Source: Takakia lepidozioides
Lineage: Eukaryota; Plantae; Bryophyta
Reading direction: 5' to 3'
Length of the DNA: 64,000 nt
Assembly (NCBI GenBank): GCA_030704615.1
Contig: CM060731.1
Location: 20,956,001 to 21,020,000, forward strand
In this document: one piece after another, positions 13,601-27,300 of the stretch
Position numbering within the stretch: the stretch's first letter is position 1
Layout: the number at the start of each line of letters is the position of its first letter
Notes under the pieces: generated by a model
Database searches by the model: none
Told to the model about the DNA's origin: nothing
The model's input: only the letters and a program-made list of their open reading frames with translations
Position numbers and translations under genes: made by a program

Positions 13601-14386
13601 CAGTTTAGCATCAATTCTTTGCATCTGAGAGACACTGGTAATACAAATGTGGAAACGGACGGGGCAGAAAATCCTGGATTGGATTCTGGGAATTTCGCTT
13701 CAATGAAGCGTGTAATTATTCACCCACACCACCCAAGGAGGAAGGAAGTCAGGTCTCAGCTGGGGAAACTGGTTTTGTTGCCCAACTCATTGGAGGAGCT
13801 GCTACTTATTGCTGGTATGCATTCTTTTGCCGTAGGGTTACGAGGGAAGGAGGAATGGGAGTGCACCTAGGTTATGATATATGACCTTTTGCAAATTGAA
13901 GATGTTGCTGCATAGCCATGTTAAACAGAAGAGCCTAGACCAGTAAGGAATGGGAGGAAAGCAGAGTCCCCAGGGATGGAGTTGGGAGAAGGATCAAAGG
14001 CTTACATATATCCATCTTAAACTGAAAAGTGAACTGCATAAGGAGAATGGTCTTGCATAATATCTGCTTTCCTCCCATGAACTTGAGGCTTACCATTTGA
14101 ATTTGTCAATGCAGGGCAAAAATTTGACTACCACCCAAACAAGGTGTTGAGTAGTGGTAGTGCTGAGATTGATGACATCAGAGTTGTCCGAGATAATGAT
14201 AACCTGTATCTGATTGACGAGCAACAAGCAGAATGTGCACACGAAGGTATATTCTCTCTCTCTCTCCCTCTATCTGGAAGCCACAACGGCAAACAACGTC
14301 TTATGTGTACATTCTCTCTATCTGGAAATGACTTCCCAGTTTGTGACATGCTTGAGGACCTTGAGGATCATTTGAAGGGTCTATAA
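4656..14386 (+). CDS. AKT1: Shaker-type inward-rectifying K+ channel, AKT1-like (S1-S6, pore, CNBD, ankyrin repeats, KHA)
   Basis: In-frame exons: 4656-4741, 7886-8101, 8255-8413, 8907-8964, 9253-9576, 9926-10162, 10309-10407, 10912-10944, 11137-11322, 11822-12016, 12351-12426, 12779-13230, 13469-13814, 14115-14386 (possible extra intron 14247-14339). Motifs: pore [36 protein letters not shown], ankyrin repeats, [17 protein letters not shown]...[13 protein letters not shown]. The symbol is family-level. Confidence 0.92.
5069..7415 (-). mobile_element. 5'-truncated non-LTR retrotransposon (RTE/RTEX-like RT with C-terminal Zn knuckle) in intron 1 of the K+ channel
   Basis: RT motifs [51 protein letters not shown] and C-terminal CPL..HFLIHCP; frameshifted. 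Flanked by the 15-bp target-site duplication TTTCTCTGTGAGAGA (5054-5068 and 7416-7430). Clade assignment is inference. Confidence 0.9.
7471..7560 (-). mobile_element. Diverged 3'-end fragment of the same LINE family
   Basis: Encodes [24 protein letters not shown], matching the terminus [24 protein letters not shown] of 5069-7415. Confidence 0.75.
8575..8812 (-). mobile_element. Rearranged 3' fragment of the RTEX-like LINE in intron 3 of the channel
   Basis: 8626-8812 matches 5069-5325 with internal deletions and is flanked by TGTGTTTGTG on both sides. 8575-8612 matches the internal segment ~5951-5988. Confidence 0.8.
14280..14315 (+). mobile_element. 36-bp micro-insertion of the RTEX-like LINE 3' tip
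   Basis: GCCACAACGGCAAACAACGTCTTATGTGTACATTCT lies between direct repeats CTCTATCTGGAA (14268-14279 and 14316-14327). Confidence 0.8.
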
Positions 14387-14524
14387 CATTGGCAAGAGAG
14401 TGAAATTTAAACTTAGGTTGGGGAGTTTTACCTTTGAGCAACAAACAGATGCAGAGAGGAATGGGAGATAGTCAATGCCTGATGTGGGGGAGGCCTGAAG
14501 ACAATATTCATCTTGTCGCCCTGG

Positions 14525-14760
14525 CCCTGTTGGGGTCTAATTGCTGGGCAGCTCACAAACATCAGATAGATGCTTGTGTGAGGGGCTTTCGAGAGGAAAC
14601 CTGGAAAGCTCGAACGAATTGCTTAGATGAAGGTAAGTCCCACTACTGGAGTGAGCCCTTCACAAATGTAGTGTCTCTTCCGTCTTGTTCCGCCCAAACC
14701 GGACGCAGACCCTGGTGCCACAAGGCTGCAGCAAACAACATCTTATGAGTACATTCTCTC
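14525..14760 (+). mobile_element. 3' fragment of the RTEX-like LINE
   Basis: Encodes QIDACVRGFREETWK...SAQTG...HKAAANNIL* followed by GAGTACATTCTCTC, as in 5069-5300. Confidence 0.8.
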
Positions 14761-16122
14761 TGACCATGTGTGTCCTTAATTGACCCTTAATAATTGACCC
14801 TGAATCATTGTTGTCAAATCTGATGATGTTCTAGACTAGACCTGTTACAAGTTCAAGATCTTCTGATATGATGGGGTATCTGTGTCTATTGCAGGGTTAG
14901 ATACTGCAGAGATTATTGCCAATCTGCAAGCAGTAATTGCCAGCCTAGAAAGAAACTGAGATACCTGTGTCCTTCCAGTGCTCTTGTGAAAAGGGCTCAC
15001 AGTTTCCTGGCAACTGCCAGTTTGCCACTCAATGTTTGAAGGCTTGGATGAATCCGGATGGTCTACAAAAGCCAACTTTTCTTCCACAATCTCGTGGTGT
15101 CATCTCCCCACATGGTCCCCACCTATTGCTCAATCCGTATGCAAAGGTCGTGTTGCTGTGGGAATGCAGGACATTTGTTGAACCATGAGCGATTGGCATC
15201 ATCTCCTAGTCCTCACTTCAAGCAACAGCAGATTCACGGACGTGCGCACTACGCCTATGCGAGATGGAGCCCAATGTAAGACAGGAAATGACTTAACAAC
15301 TCTGGTTACATCAGTGCAGTCTGGAACGTGGCAAAAACTGAGACCTGCGCTCGTGTAGCAGATGTGATTGACAAGCATTCTATCGGACTATGGTTTTGGG
15401 AGAACCAATACCAACAAACTACCGGGAAGCAGGGTTGAACGATTAGTCCTACATGTAGACAATACGGCATGTGGATTGCCTCCAGAGCTTTCAAATATCT
15501 TTTCATCTGTGACTGGTTACCAAGGATGCTTCTCTATCAACTTATAACTCAGCGTTCCTGGTCCCTATGGCATCTAATGGACGTGGCAAACTGTGCCCCT
15601 GTTCCCTTTTGCGAATTTAGACAATGTACTAATAAAATGATGTTTACCACAGCCTTGTGGCAATTTGCGAGTACTGATCTTGTGGCTGTAGTGTGAAGTG
15701 GATAGGGCTGCATGACGCTAAGTGTGGATCGATGTTCTTGTGCATGATACATACAAGAAAAGGCTGCTTTTTTATGGTTTCCCGGCTCAGAAGAATCTCT
15801 AGGACTAGAATCTTGATGTGCATCACCATGTTTGACCTTCACAGCAGAAGCCTTGCCCGCACCCACCACAACTAACGCACAGGAAAGCGTAGATAGAGCT
15901 AGGAGTTATCGAGATTGTGAGAATGTGGCAGCTTTCAGACCCTTCAACAGGATCATCTGTGGATGAATTGCTAATAACCAGAAAGTGCAGAAAGAGGTCG
16001 GGCCTAAAAGCTAGGGATAGAGCACATTTGTGGGGTTTGGCAAAACCCTATTCTCTATTCGCAGAGTTCCCGCCGCCCCAGTCTGGCTAGGGCTGCTGTT
16101 GGCGCTCGCTCGCGCTGCTGCA

Positions 16123-18994
16123 ATGCTTTCTTATCAGCTGGTCTCACCATGGTCTCTGCGCTTGCCATCTTCACTTCAGATCTGCAGTGGGTGTAGAACT
16201 AACGCTGTATGTTGAGTATGTGTGTGGATCTTAGTGGGCGTGCTTGTAGATTATGGGTTCTCCCCTGGTGAGACGGTAAGAGCGCTGTGGCCCAACATTC
16301 AAGCCATTTATGTATCGTGTTCATGAGCATATGAGAGTGATGCCCTGCTTTGTGTTGGAGATGGAAGTTTGTAACCATCAGTTAAAAATGTTATGCAGGC
16401 TGGTGGGGGGCCGATTCTGGAATCAAACGCCGTTGTTCAATCAGCATCAGAATGGTGTCAGGGGTTTGGGTTTGGGTTTTCGGATGTCCACAATCACCTC
16501 TGCTCTGAGTAGAGAGCCACGAGAAAACCAACAGAGGGACAGAGGCAACAATCACCGTGTGGGCGCTGTTGGGGATGTGAGCACTCTGTGTATGGAGGGG
16601 CGATTGGAGGAGGCAGTGCATAGTTTGCATCTTCTGGATCAACGAGGTATGCGGGCATCCTCCGAGACTTATGCTCGTCTGTTGCAGGAGTGTGCTAAGG
16701 CGAAAGCCCTGGCCGATGGCAAGCAGGTCCATGCCCACATCATCAAAAGTGGTATCACGCCAGACATCTTCCTAGGGAACACTCTTGTCAGCATGTATAC
16801 CGATTGCGGGAGTGTCGAGGATGCATACCAAGTTTTTGACGAATTACCCACAAGAAATTTGGCATCTTGGACTACTATGATTGCAGCATTTGCTCAGCAA
16901 GGGCGCGGTGAAGAGGCATTTGAACTCTTTCAGAAGATGCAAGTAGAAAACGTGAAGCCTGACCAGGACATCTTTATAATCCTCCTCACCTTATGTGCCA
17001 ACCAAGGAGCTCTGGAACACGGCAGGCATGTTCATGTCCATATCATCAAAGCCGGATTGGAGTCAGACGTCCATGTGTGTACTGCCCTTGTCAGCCTGTA
17101 TGCTAAGTGTGGAAACCTCGTGAATGCACGGCATATGTTTGACAAGCTGCCGACACGGAATTTGTACTCATGGACTGCGATGATTGCCGGATATGCGCAG
17201 GAAGGGCAAAATGAAGAGGCTTTTGACCTTTTTCGGCAAATGCAACAAGAAGGCGTGCAGCCTGACAAAGTCACTTTCATTAGCCTCCTTCAGACATGTG
17301 CCAGCCCAGCAACACTGGCACAGGGCAAGCGGGTACATTCTGAGATCATCAAAGCTGGATTAGACGCAGATGTCCGTGTTGGGAATGCCCTAGTTGCAAT
17401 GTATGCCAAATGTGGTAGACTTGTGAATGCGCGGCAAGTGTTTGATAAGCTTCCTAAACGCGATGCGGTCTCATGGAATGCTATGATTTCAGGGTATGCT
17501 CAGCAAGGGCCTGCTGGAGAGGCTTTTGATCTCTTTCGGCAAATGCAGTTAGAGGGGGTGCAGCCTGATAAGGTCACTTTTATTAGCATCCTCAATGCGT
17601 GTGCCAGCCCAGCAGCTCTCGGACAGGGGAAGGGAGTGCATACCCATGTCATCGAATCTGGGTTTGAGTCAGATGTGCGGGTAGGGAATGCCCTTGTCGG
17701 CATGTATGCCAAGTGCGGGAGTGTTGTGAGTGCGCGCCAAATGTTCGACAAAATGCCCCAACGAGATCTAGTCTCATGGAACACCATGCTTGCCGGGTAT
17801 GTTCAGCAAGGGTCCGGTGCAGAGGCTTTGGATCTCTTTTGGCAAATGCAACGACAAGGCATGGCACCGGACGTTGCAACCATCCTGAGCGTCGTTAAGG
17901 CGTGTACAGGCCCTGTAGCCCTGGAAGAGGGGAAGCGGGTCCATGCTTACATTATCGAAGGTAGAATGGAGTCAGATGTCAGCATAATGAATGCCCTTCT
18001 TGATATGTATGCCAAATGTGGGGATGTGGAGAATGCTCGCCAAATGTTTGACAAGATTCCGGAACGCAATGTGATCTCATGGAATGCCATGATTGTAGGA
18101 TATGCCAAGCATGGGCACGGCAAGGAGGCCCTCCAACTCTTTGAACAGATGGAACAAGAAAAGGTGAAGCCAAATGAAGGCACATTCATTGGTGTTCTCT
18201 CTGCATGCAGACATGGAAACTTAGTGGATGATGCCAACCGTGTATTCGAATCCATGGCTACAGATTATGGCATCACTCCGACAGCAAAGCACTATGGTTG
18301 TATGGTTGACCTCCTTGGTCGTGCAGGCAAGTTGCAGGAGGCAGAGGATTTTGTCAACAAGGTGCCACTCGAATTACGCACCGCAGTACAAGAGACTTTG
18401 GTTGCTGCCTCAAAAAATAATGGGAATGTGGAGCTAGCAGAAAGTGTTGCAGAAGGGAGTCTAAAGTCTGAAGCCCAAAATGATGGAGCATACGTGCTGC
18501 TCTCAAACATATATGCAGCTGCTGGGAGGTGGGGTGATGCAGCAAAGGTACGAAAAGTGATGTCAGACAGGGGTGTGAGGAAAAAGCCAGGTCGCAGCTG
18601 GATTGAAATCAATAACAAGGTACATTTTTTTGTTGCAGGAGATAAATCACATCCAGAAACACCAAAGATCTATGCCTTTTTGGACAATCTAACTAAGGAG
18701 ATAAGGGAGGCAGGATATGTGCCTGATACACGCTACGTCTTACATGATATGACTGAAAAACAGAAAGAACAGGTTCTCTGCTACCACAGTGAAAGGCTGG
18801 CCACTGCTTATGGGCTCATTCACACACCCCCAGGAACCCCCATCCGCATCATGAAGAACCTTCGGATATGTGGTGACTGCCACAACGCCACCAAGTTCAT
18901 CTCAAAGGTAGTGGCTCGAGAAATCATTGCTAGGGATGGGAACCGCTTCCATCACTTCATTAATGGGGTGTGTTCATGCGGGGATTATTGGTGA
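16123..18994 (+). CDS. PLS-class PPR protein with E1/E2 and DYW:PG deaminase domain (organellar C-to-U editing factor)
   Basis: Uninterrupted ORF 16310-18994 with 17 PPR motifs, PG box KKPGRSWIEI, HSERLA, KNLRICGDCH and terminal CSCGDYW*. A likely short first exon 16123-16190 (MLSYQLVSPWSLRLPSSLQICS) splices in phase to the AG at 16398; that start is inferred. Confidence 0.93.
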
Positions 18995-21900
18995 TAGTCA
19001 GTGAAACAAATGATAGATAAAGGTATATTTGGTCATGTTCATTAGGCTTCAGTTATATTTAACAAAGGATTCAATCACACCCGCAATTCTATCTGTGATG
19101 TAATGCCATCCCTCAAACCCAACCTCCAAGCTTGCATAACACTGGGCAGCAGGCACCAAGTACAGGTGATGTCACATCTGAACATGTATGAAATCTTAAG
19201 CAGAGGCTGTCACCTTTTTTCTGCCTAAGATGGCTATCATAATTGAAGTAAATCTGAACATGCGAACTATACAATAAAGTTCTCCATTTTGTTCGAGTTA
19301 CAATCTGATTTGAAGAGGATTGCACATCACCTACTTGTGGAAACTGTTCTTTTAAGTGTGGAGATAGTATGAGTTGGTATGAGGATGCCTACCAGCAACT
19401 GGCCAGGTTCTTGAACTGGCACAGCCTGGTGCAAATTGGGAGTGTTTGTGACATGGGTCTTTTCTGTATGCTTCTTGTATCTGTTCGGCTCCAAAACCCT
19501 TTTTGTAGACAGGTAATGGGTGTGAGAGAGAGTGAGTGAGCAGGGGAGTGATCCTCATCGTATGCTTTAATGGAGGCAATGTGCACTAGCCATAAGTGGA
19601 CAATACTACTCACAGAGCAATTTGGAAATGAAGCTGTTTCCAATACAACGCACTTGCATTGACAAGAGCAAATAAAAGTGAGTCTGTCATGTGTGAGAAC
19701 AATGAAAGAAAAAGAGAGGAACTTTGTAAGGGCGGCAGAGATTGTGGGAAAAGAGACTAATAAGGAGAGAGACTGGAATTAAGAAGACAAACAGATCTGG
19801 GGACAGAATATGAATTGCTTTCTACTACACTAGAGAGTGATAAGCTAAATGTTCTTCAACTCAGCCTTAGACAACAGTTTAGTTTGGAGAGAGAGAGACA
19901 CACACAGAGAGATCTTGTTGTCAGAAACTGTAAGTTAATAATAATAACCAGCAGGTGGGTCTGGGAAGGCTGGAGCCGCAACCTTCCGACGTCAATGACC
20001 GAGGAGCCATGGCTTGGAGGTGGGGAAGCAAGCTGTCAAATTTTGAAGATGCTTCCTTTGGCTCACAACTCACAACAGCCCATAAATGGAAGCAGAATAC
20101 CTATGGGGAGAACTGCAGTTACAGTTACAAGTCGTGAAGTAACGTGCGTGCTACTTTGTGGACGTTACTATCTATGGTCGTCTTCTTCCCGAAGTCTTGA
20201 GCAGAAATAGTCAACGTGCTGTGAGCAACGACCGTTCTTCGCCGGCAAATGACAGCTTGGATGTGGGTTGTAGCGGGATCAACAACTGCTAAAGCTTCAA
20301 CGTCCCCAACACTGCTTCGCTTTTATGTAATTCTTGCTAGATTGTTACGCAAAACCAAATTGTTGAGAGTTTCTTCCTCAAAGTCAGATCGCATGTACTA
20401 TGTACCTCGGATCTGGTGGTTGGACCATGGCAAGCCTGCCGATACTAACTAGCTGCCAGGCATCTTGATCTCTTCTTATTACCGCATCCTCCTATTCTTG
20501 TCTTTTGCATGGGCAGAGGGATCGCAGCTTGCTCCGCCGGTTCAGAGGCTATACCCAAGGCTGTCTTCTTGCGGTGAACGGGCGGGAGACCTCGCATCAT
20601 GCAGCTGGCATGTGCACATTGCACTGCTGGGCTGAAGATCCTTGCATGTGATGGCTATAACGCCTCCCCAGCTTGCATAGAATCTAAAGTACATGCTCCT
20701 TTGCGTGTGTGTTTGGGGTTTCTCAACCGCAATCGATTTATCCTGGACCGATCCGTCAATCCTCAACCATTTCCAACGAAAACTCCACCTCATAGAAGGG
20801 TTTTAGTCAATGTGAGTGTAATTGACACCCTTGTCCTCTTTCATCCGCTTCTTCGATCACTTCGGGCATAAATTCTCGTCTTGTCATTCATTGTTTGAGA
20901 TAGAGAGGGACACAGAGAGAGGAACATGGCTTGCTTGCTGCTATAATCCTTGTGGGATATCTTGTGACACATGTTACGCTGAATCAGGGCCGAGCCCCAA
21001 TCGGTAGTCGCTCCTGGGATGGCTCATGGGAGAGATATGTACTCGTGGATCGGTCCCTGGCGGACTTTGGATCTGACGTACCCCATAATGACCCAGACAT
21101 CCATGCTGCGGGATCCAGCTCTTTGGTTTCTACGCAGGGTATGGTACCCTGCCTGCAAAAGGAAGGGGTAGTGCTGGCGGCAGCCAACACCAATACAGTT
21201 ACAGGGAATTGATGGTATAGACATTGCAATAGAAACATAATGTTGATTCCAGCACTGCTGCTCTCCAATCCGACACAGATGTGACACATGTGCTTGTGAT
21301 TGCACAGCCTGTCACATTGCCCTTGAGAAAGAGCAGATGGGGAGAAAGAAAGGAATGACGAAAGAAAGAAACTTCATAACTTTTAAGATAGAGATTAATT
21401 TATGGCAAGCCTACACTGGCATCCCTCAGTATGACGAGGAGCTCAACATCTATAAGGGAGCTATTGTGGGAACAGCACAAGGCTGGCGGGAGGAGGAGCC
21501 TAGAAGCCGAAGAAGTCTCTTTCATGTATCAAGGTACAAATTCTATCACCTCAACAGAAACTCGAGGAATCCTGGGAAACTGACAAAGTTTTCATGTTCT
21601 TGTATGCAGGTCAACAGAGAACAAATTGGTAGTAATTCTCATATCGTGGACGTTTGAGGGACAACAGGTCTGATAACGAGAATCTATCCTTATTTAGAAC
21701 GTAATGCAGCTCCACAAAGAAGTGCTCAGATTGATTCTGTCATGATATTGTGCAGTGTATCTTCAGTTGTATAGGTCAAGATGGTTTTGCTTTTCAGGGA
21801 AAAATGTGCAAGCAGGTCATACTGTTGCTTCCAGGACGTTTTACAAGGACATGAAAGTAGATTGTTTAAGACAGGTTAAGTGGTTGTAGCCCTGTTTTTC

Positions 21901-22339
21901 ACAGAAAATTCCAAGATCCCTAACCTTCAGACATGATTGTACAAAGGAGGTCCTTTGAGATCTTTGAACACTCCTCGTGTGAAGCTAGCTGCCAAGGTGG
22001 AGCACAATCTGGTGACAGTTTTAATCGCAATGTGAGGCTTTTATTTTTGGCCAATTGGAGAGTCCAACTCAAACAGATAGAATTAGTGCAGGTTATTTTG
22101 ATAGCAGATGACTACAGTATTCACCATTATTCTGTAGCCTCACAAAAGGTATCTGTCTTTTGTATCCTGGTATTTTGAGAATATGATGCGTGTTTCAGTG
22201 TTAAGGTTTGTCACTAGGAGTTTGGAGTCATTTAGGATGGCTAATTTGGATGAGGGACAGTTGGAGCAACTGGGTTCACACCACCACCATCACCACTACT
22301 AAAGAGGACCAAAATAGGTAGTCAACCAGAACCCGTCTA

Positions 22340-23130
22340 GCACTTGCAGGTATGTGAGGATATGCCAAGCATGGGTGTGGTAGGGAGGCTGTCAGCATCT
22401 TTGAGCAAATGCAACTGGAAGGGGTGACATGCATTTGTGTTCTCCATGACTGTACAGCCTACGAACAGATCCATCTGACATCACCAATGCTGGTGTTGTA
22501 TTGCAATCATTCTGGAGATCACCCTTGCGGCCACATATACAAAACATGGCAGCATAGAGGATGCACATCAAAGGTTCAACAACGTGGCTGGGTTCTTTTG
22601 GAACCCTCTGCATGCAGGATATGTTTGGTATTCGTGTGGTAGGGAGGCTTTTGAGATCTATCAGCAAATGCAATGGGAGGAGGTGATGCCTGACAGGGTC
22701 ACGTTCATTGTGTTTTCAATGGGTGTGCCAATCTAGGAGCCCTGGAATAGAGCGAGCACTTGGATGGCATCAATTACGCCCGAACTGGGCCATATATCAT
22801 GACATGTGACGGACGAATGTCTCATCAAGATGTGGTCTCATGGAACGCGTCATCCCTTCCCATATCATTTGCTCATAGATCTCGGAAGCCTCCCCAGCAC
22901 ACCCATGCTGGATCAGGGGACAAGATTATTCTGACGACTGCCCTCTCTGGCATTTATGTGGGAGCAGATGGATGCAACTCAAGTATTCGACAACTCGGTG
23001 CAGCAACAGTTTTGAATGTTGTGATTGAAGCATATTGTCAGCATGGGTGTCGGGGACAGTGTGCCTAACTATGTGAAGAAGTGCAACAAGCAGGGTCATG
23101 GCTTCCACAGTGGTACATTTTGGCTGCATG
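22340..23130 (+). pseudogene. Highly degenerate PLS-PPR remnant
   Basis: DNA motifs GGATATGCCAAGCATGGGTGTGGTAGGGAGGCT, CCTGACAGGGTCACGTTCATT and GATGTGGTCTCATGGAACGC are shared with the PPR genes at 57-64 kb. There is no long ORF. Confidence 0.75.
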
Positions 23131-24309
23131 GTGCACCTTCTTGGTTTTGTAGGTAAGCAGAAGACATCAGTTCATGAGTATGATGCTGGGGTGTTGAGGC
23201 ATTGCTTTGTGTCTGCAGAATTAGCAGAGTTGTGGCAATAGCGTTCTCAAGGGAACTACAACAGGCTCTGAAGATAGGCACTGCATCTGGCAGGTGGGAT
23301 GATAAGTGGACTGGGAAGGTGGTCACCTTTGTGACACCAATTGGTGAATTGGGCAGTAGCCCTTTGGGGTCAAGAGACACCATAAATTACTCTTCCATCA
23401 GGAGGCGTCATATATTATTATGGTAATCATGGAAATAAAGTTAGAATCTACATTGAGGAAATTCCGGGGAGGAGAGCGAAAAAAAAAGGTGGGGGAGGAG
23501 AGCGATGGCGGAGAGGCGCGCAACGGTCTTCTCGCCTACCTCGACTCGATTCCATGCCGCAGCGCAACGAGACCATCCTGTCGTTGGGCCGCTCGTTCCC
23601 CTCCTCTTCAATCCGGGCCTAACCTTCTTTTTGATAGGATTTTTCTGGTGTTTCATTAACATTCTCTCGTCCTCGCCCCCATTCTCATTTCAAGCCTTCC
23701 CTCATTCATCTCCATAATCTCATCATAAGCCACACTCCCCCTAGTGTCACCCTCTGAGCTCTATCGCTTCAGCCGTCATGCATTAATATCGCACGTCAAA
23801 TCCACCCTTCCCCCCTCTTTTTCTCACTCCTTATTGTCGCCCATCGAAATCGGGTTTCTCTTCACCTCTTTCCTCGCAATCTCCCGTCAGTGTCTAATCT
23901 CGTTGGTTTAGTGCAGATTAGCGGTTAGTGCTTGAGTTTAGTGGCCCTTAATCGTGGTGGCCCTTCTATCTGTGCAGCCTCAAGGCTGAAGTGTGCTTGC
24001 CTCTCGATCTGTCTCCTGGCTTCTCTAATATTAGTTGCTCTAGGGTTATTCCGTCTTAAGTGCCCCTCCTTTCAGCTAATCTCTGGGATTAGGGGAGTGC
24101 GCCTTCTTCTGTACTGCTTTTAGGGGTGCTTCTTAGTGTGGTGCTCTTTTGTGCTTCTCCTAGTACCAATGACTCCTCCTGCAAATGGGCAGCTCAATAT
24201 GAGAGGCCATCAGGACTCGCGCATGAGAGCCACAGCTCCTCCTCTGATGTGCAGATCCCATCCATCTTCGTACAGGCTTCTTCCTTGCGCACCAAGCCCA
24301 GTCTAGGCT

Positions 24310-27300
24310 AGGTGTAGGCCTGGATCGAGTAAGAGTTCCCTCTCCTCCCCCCCTTCCCCCTCTTCCCCCCCCTCCCCCCTTCATTCTCCACCAGCCAGAG
24401 GCTGAATTTCACTCCAACGAAGCCCCACCCCCTTCCCCTCAACTAGAGGAGGGGCTGGACCTCACGGAATCCTCCTAGGCAATTCTCAGCAAGATGTACC
24501 CCCTAATCAAAGTGGACCTACAAAATACGACCAAAGAGGTCCAATCTCTACAGGAGCACAACATTCTTGTTCATTTCCCAGGAAGGAAGGTAAGCAGGAC
24601 TCAGGCAAGAGATTGGGCGATCAAGAACCTAGGGGGTCCGGGAGAGCTTCAGCACCAGTTCTGCAATGATGAGGGCAGGGGATTTTACACCATCAATTTT
24701 GAGACTCCGGAAGCTGCCGCTCATGCTCTGTCTCTCAATCCTCACTCCAAGGGGGTTCAATGTTAATATCTTTCCATGGTCCTCAAAGATGGGACACAAA
24801 AACGGCAAACTTTGGGGCCCAGAGTGGTATCTGTTCCATTTCTTCCTGACCAATACTTGATCAATTTTCCGGACATTGCCAACCACTTTGGACATTACTT
24901 AGGATGCATAGGTGTCTTTGACCCCCTAATGAGCACGGAAAAGCTCCGCAAGATTCCAGCTTGGAGTTCCGGGACTATACCATCAAGGCTCAATGGCAAT
25001 GGCTGCGCTAGGTTTGTCCTTATTATGCCAAATGAGGAAATCCTCCCGGACTACATCAGGCTCGATGAAGAAGGGAACTACTTCACAGTAAGAATCATTG
25101 AGGACAAGTCCTCATCAGCCTGCTTCAGCTGCGGTATGTTGGGTAAAATCGCTCCTCCCCAGGGACCACCATGTCAAATTCCAGTTCCACGACCCTAGGC
25201 CATCAATAGAGACCCCCACTCTCTGCCTTCAGCCACCTTCGGATGCGGATTGATCTACACTCCTGGAACATCATAGGACTGGGTTCGGACCCAGCCTCCC
25301 TAAAGAGGGTCTGTCATATTTCCCCAGGAACACAAACTAGATCATCAAAAAATAGCAGCGCTCTTTGACCATCTATGGCCCCTATCCTCAGCCCTCTGGA
25401 AAGCTATGTCCCATGGCTCGAGGGGAGGTAGATCCATTCTCCTATTCCCTTCCCTCTTACCCCTTCTTGTTTTTGAAGCCACACGGGTGTCGGGGAGATT
25501 GCAATTCTGTGCCCTCAAGCTCCCTGAGAACATAGGAACCGTGGGTTTTGTCAACATCTATGCCATTAACTGTCTCTTGGAAAGGACGGAATTCTGGCAG
25601 ATCCTGGGTTTTTGGATCCAGAACCCCTAATCCTCCCATGTTTTTGGGCATACAGATTTGTTTCTAGGCTACTTGTGGCATTTTTCCCTGCCCAACTTTT
25701 TGCGCGCCCCATATGAAGTTTCTTAGAAGGCGGATGATCTCCCTGATATGCTTGGGGTCCGGTCTCCAGGAAGAAGCAAAGTACCAAATTCCTGCCTCCA
25801 AGATTTGTTTGGCTATGAGAGCTCTTCCTGAGATGGTCAGATGTTTAGAGCCCCAATATGAAAGCTAGCGCTTAAGATTGGCTAGGATTGGGGCAAATCT
25901 CTGATCGTCCAATAGGCCAATGCCGAAGGTGTATCCCAACAGGATTGTGGATTCACCTGGCTGAAGCCATTTAAGGCCATGTTGGGAGCCCCAGGTTGGT
26001 AGTGGGCCCATTGTTGTAGCCGTGAGGTCACCCACCAGGAGTGCTAAAGTCTTGTTCCAGTTCACCTTGAATCCTGAGGCCGAGCAGAATGTGTTGAGTG
26101 TGAGCGCCGTAGAGTCCAGATTGGCAGTATCTGCCTGGAGCATCAGAAAGGTATCATCCACGAACATAGAATCTACTATGTGGGTTGCCTGGTGGGTGTA
26201 GAAATTAGTGACCGAGAGTCCCTTGATGGCAGGGTTGTTTTGAAGCATGTAACCAAGAGAGTCGGCCACGATAAGGAAGAGGAAGGGGGCCAAGGGGCAT
26301 CCTTGCCTTACAGATCTATGGAGCTCGAAGGGTTTGGAGAGTGCTCCGTTAATAATAACTCTGCTTGTGGAAGAGAGGAGCAAAATCTTAACCCATTGGC
26401 AAAGGGACTCTGGGAAGCCAATTTTGGACAAAGCTCCCAGAAGGAAGGACCATTCTACCCTATCAAACGCTTTCTCAAAGTCAAGGAGGAGAAGGCCGGC
26501 TATGGCTTGGGAGGTCTAGTGTGCAAAGAATGGAATCTCGCGGGCCAAGAGGAGGTTGTCCAGAATGTATCTACCCTTAATGAAGCCAGATTGGTTGGGT
26601 CTAATTAGAGAGGGCAACAGGGGTTGTAGTCTCATAGCTAGAGCTTTTGCTATTATTTTGTATGCGACGTTGAGGAGCGTGATGGGCCTGTAATTGAAAA
26701 CATTAGATCTGTCCCTTTTTTTGAAGATCAGGGTGATGACCCCCTGGGACATACAAGGCGGCATGGATTGCATGGAGAATAGATGGTTTGCCATGTCGGT
26801 AAAGTCCTGGGAGATGTTGGTCCAAAGAGCTTTGTGGAATTCCACTGATAGACCATCAATTCCAGGAGATTTGTTGTTTTGCAATTTGTTGAGGGCCGCC
26901 CCTAGTTGCAGATCCAAAAATTCACCTTCCAGCATCGTGGCTGCGGAGGGGGAGAGGATAGAGGGAGTACATTGGGAGAGGCATTGAGATTGCAGGTTGG
27001 AGAGGGAGAGATCAGGGAGGTATGAGGTGAAGAGGGATAAAAATGAGAGGCTGCCAAGTCCGGGGATGATGCAGAGACCCCGGAGGCTTGGTCAATGAGT
27101 TCTGAGATGTTCTGGGATGCCCTACGCAGCCTGGTTTTATCAAAGAAGTACTTTGTCATTTTTGCTCCTTTTGTGGACCAATTGATCCCTGCCTGCAGCT
27201 TCATTTTCCGATCTCGCAAGTCCTGAAAGATTTCCAGGTTGTGTCTAGCTTCCTGGTAAGTCCTGAAGGTAGCCTCATCGCACAGGGTTGATTCCATGCA

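Noticed and set aside
16391-18618. Antisense ORFs over PPR genes (also 58-63 kb) and over gypsy/LINE ORFs
   Set aside because: They are shadow frames of repetitive coding sequence with no independent motifs.
19800-22200. Short ORFs that may be gene fragments (likewise 14850-15900, 50900-52200, 60050-60700)
   Set aside because: No recognisable domain or consistent exon chain; a blastx search would be needed.
25605-25612. Telomere-like look of the TGGGTTTT breakpoint repeat
   Set aside because: It is a single 8-mer that lies in frame in ORF2, with no telomeric array.
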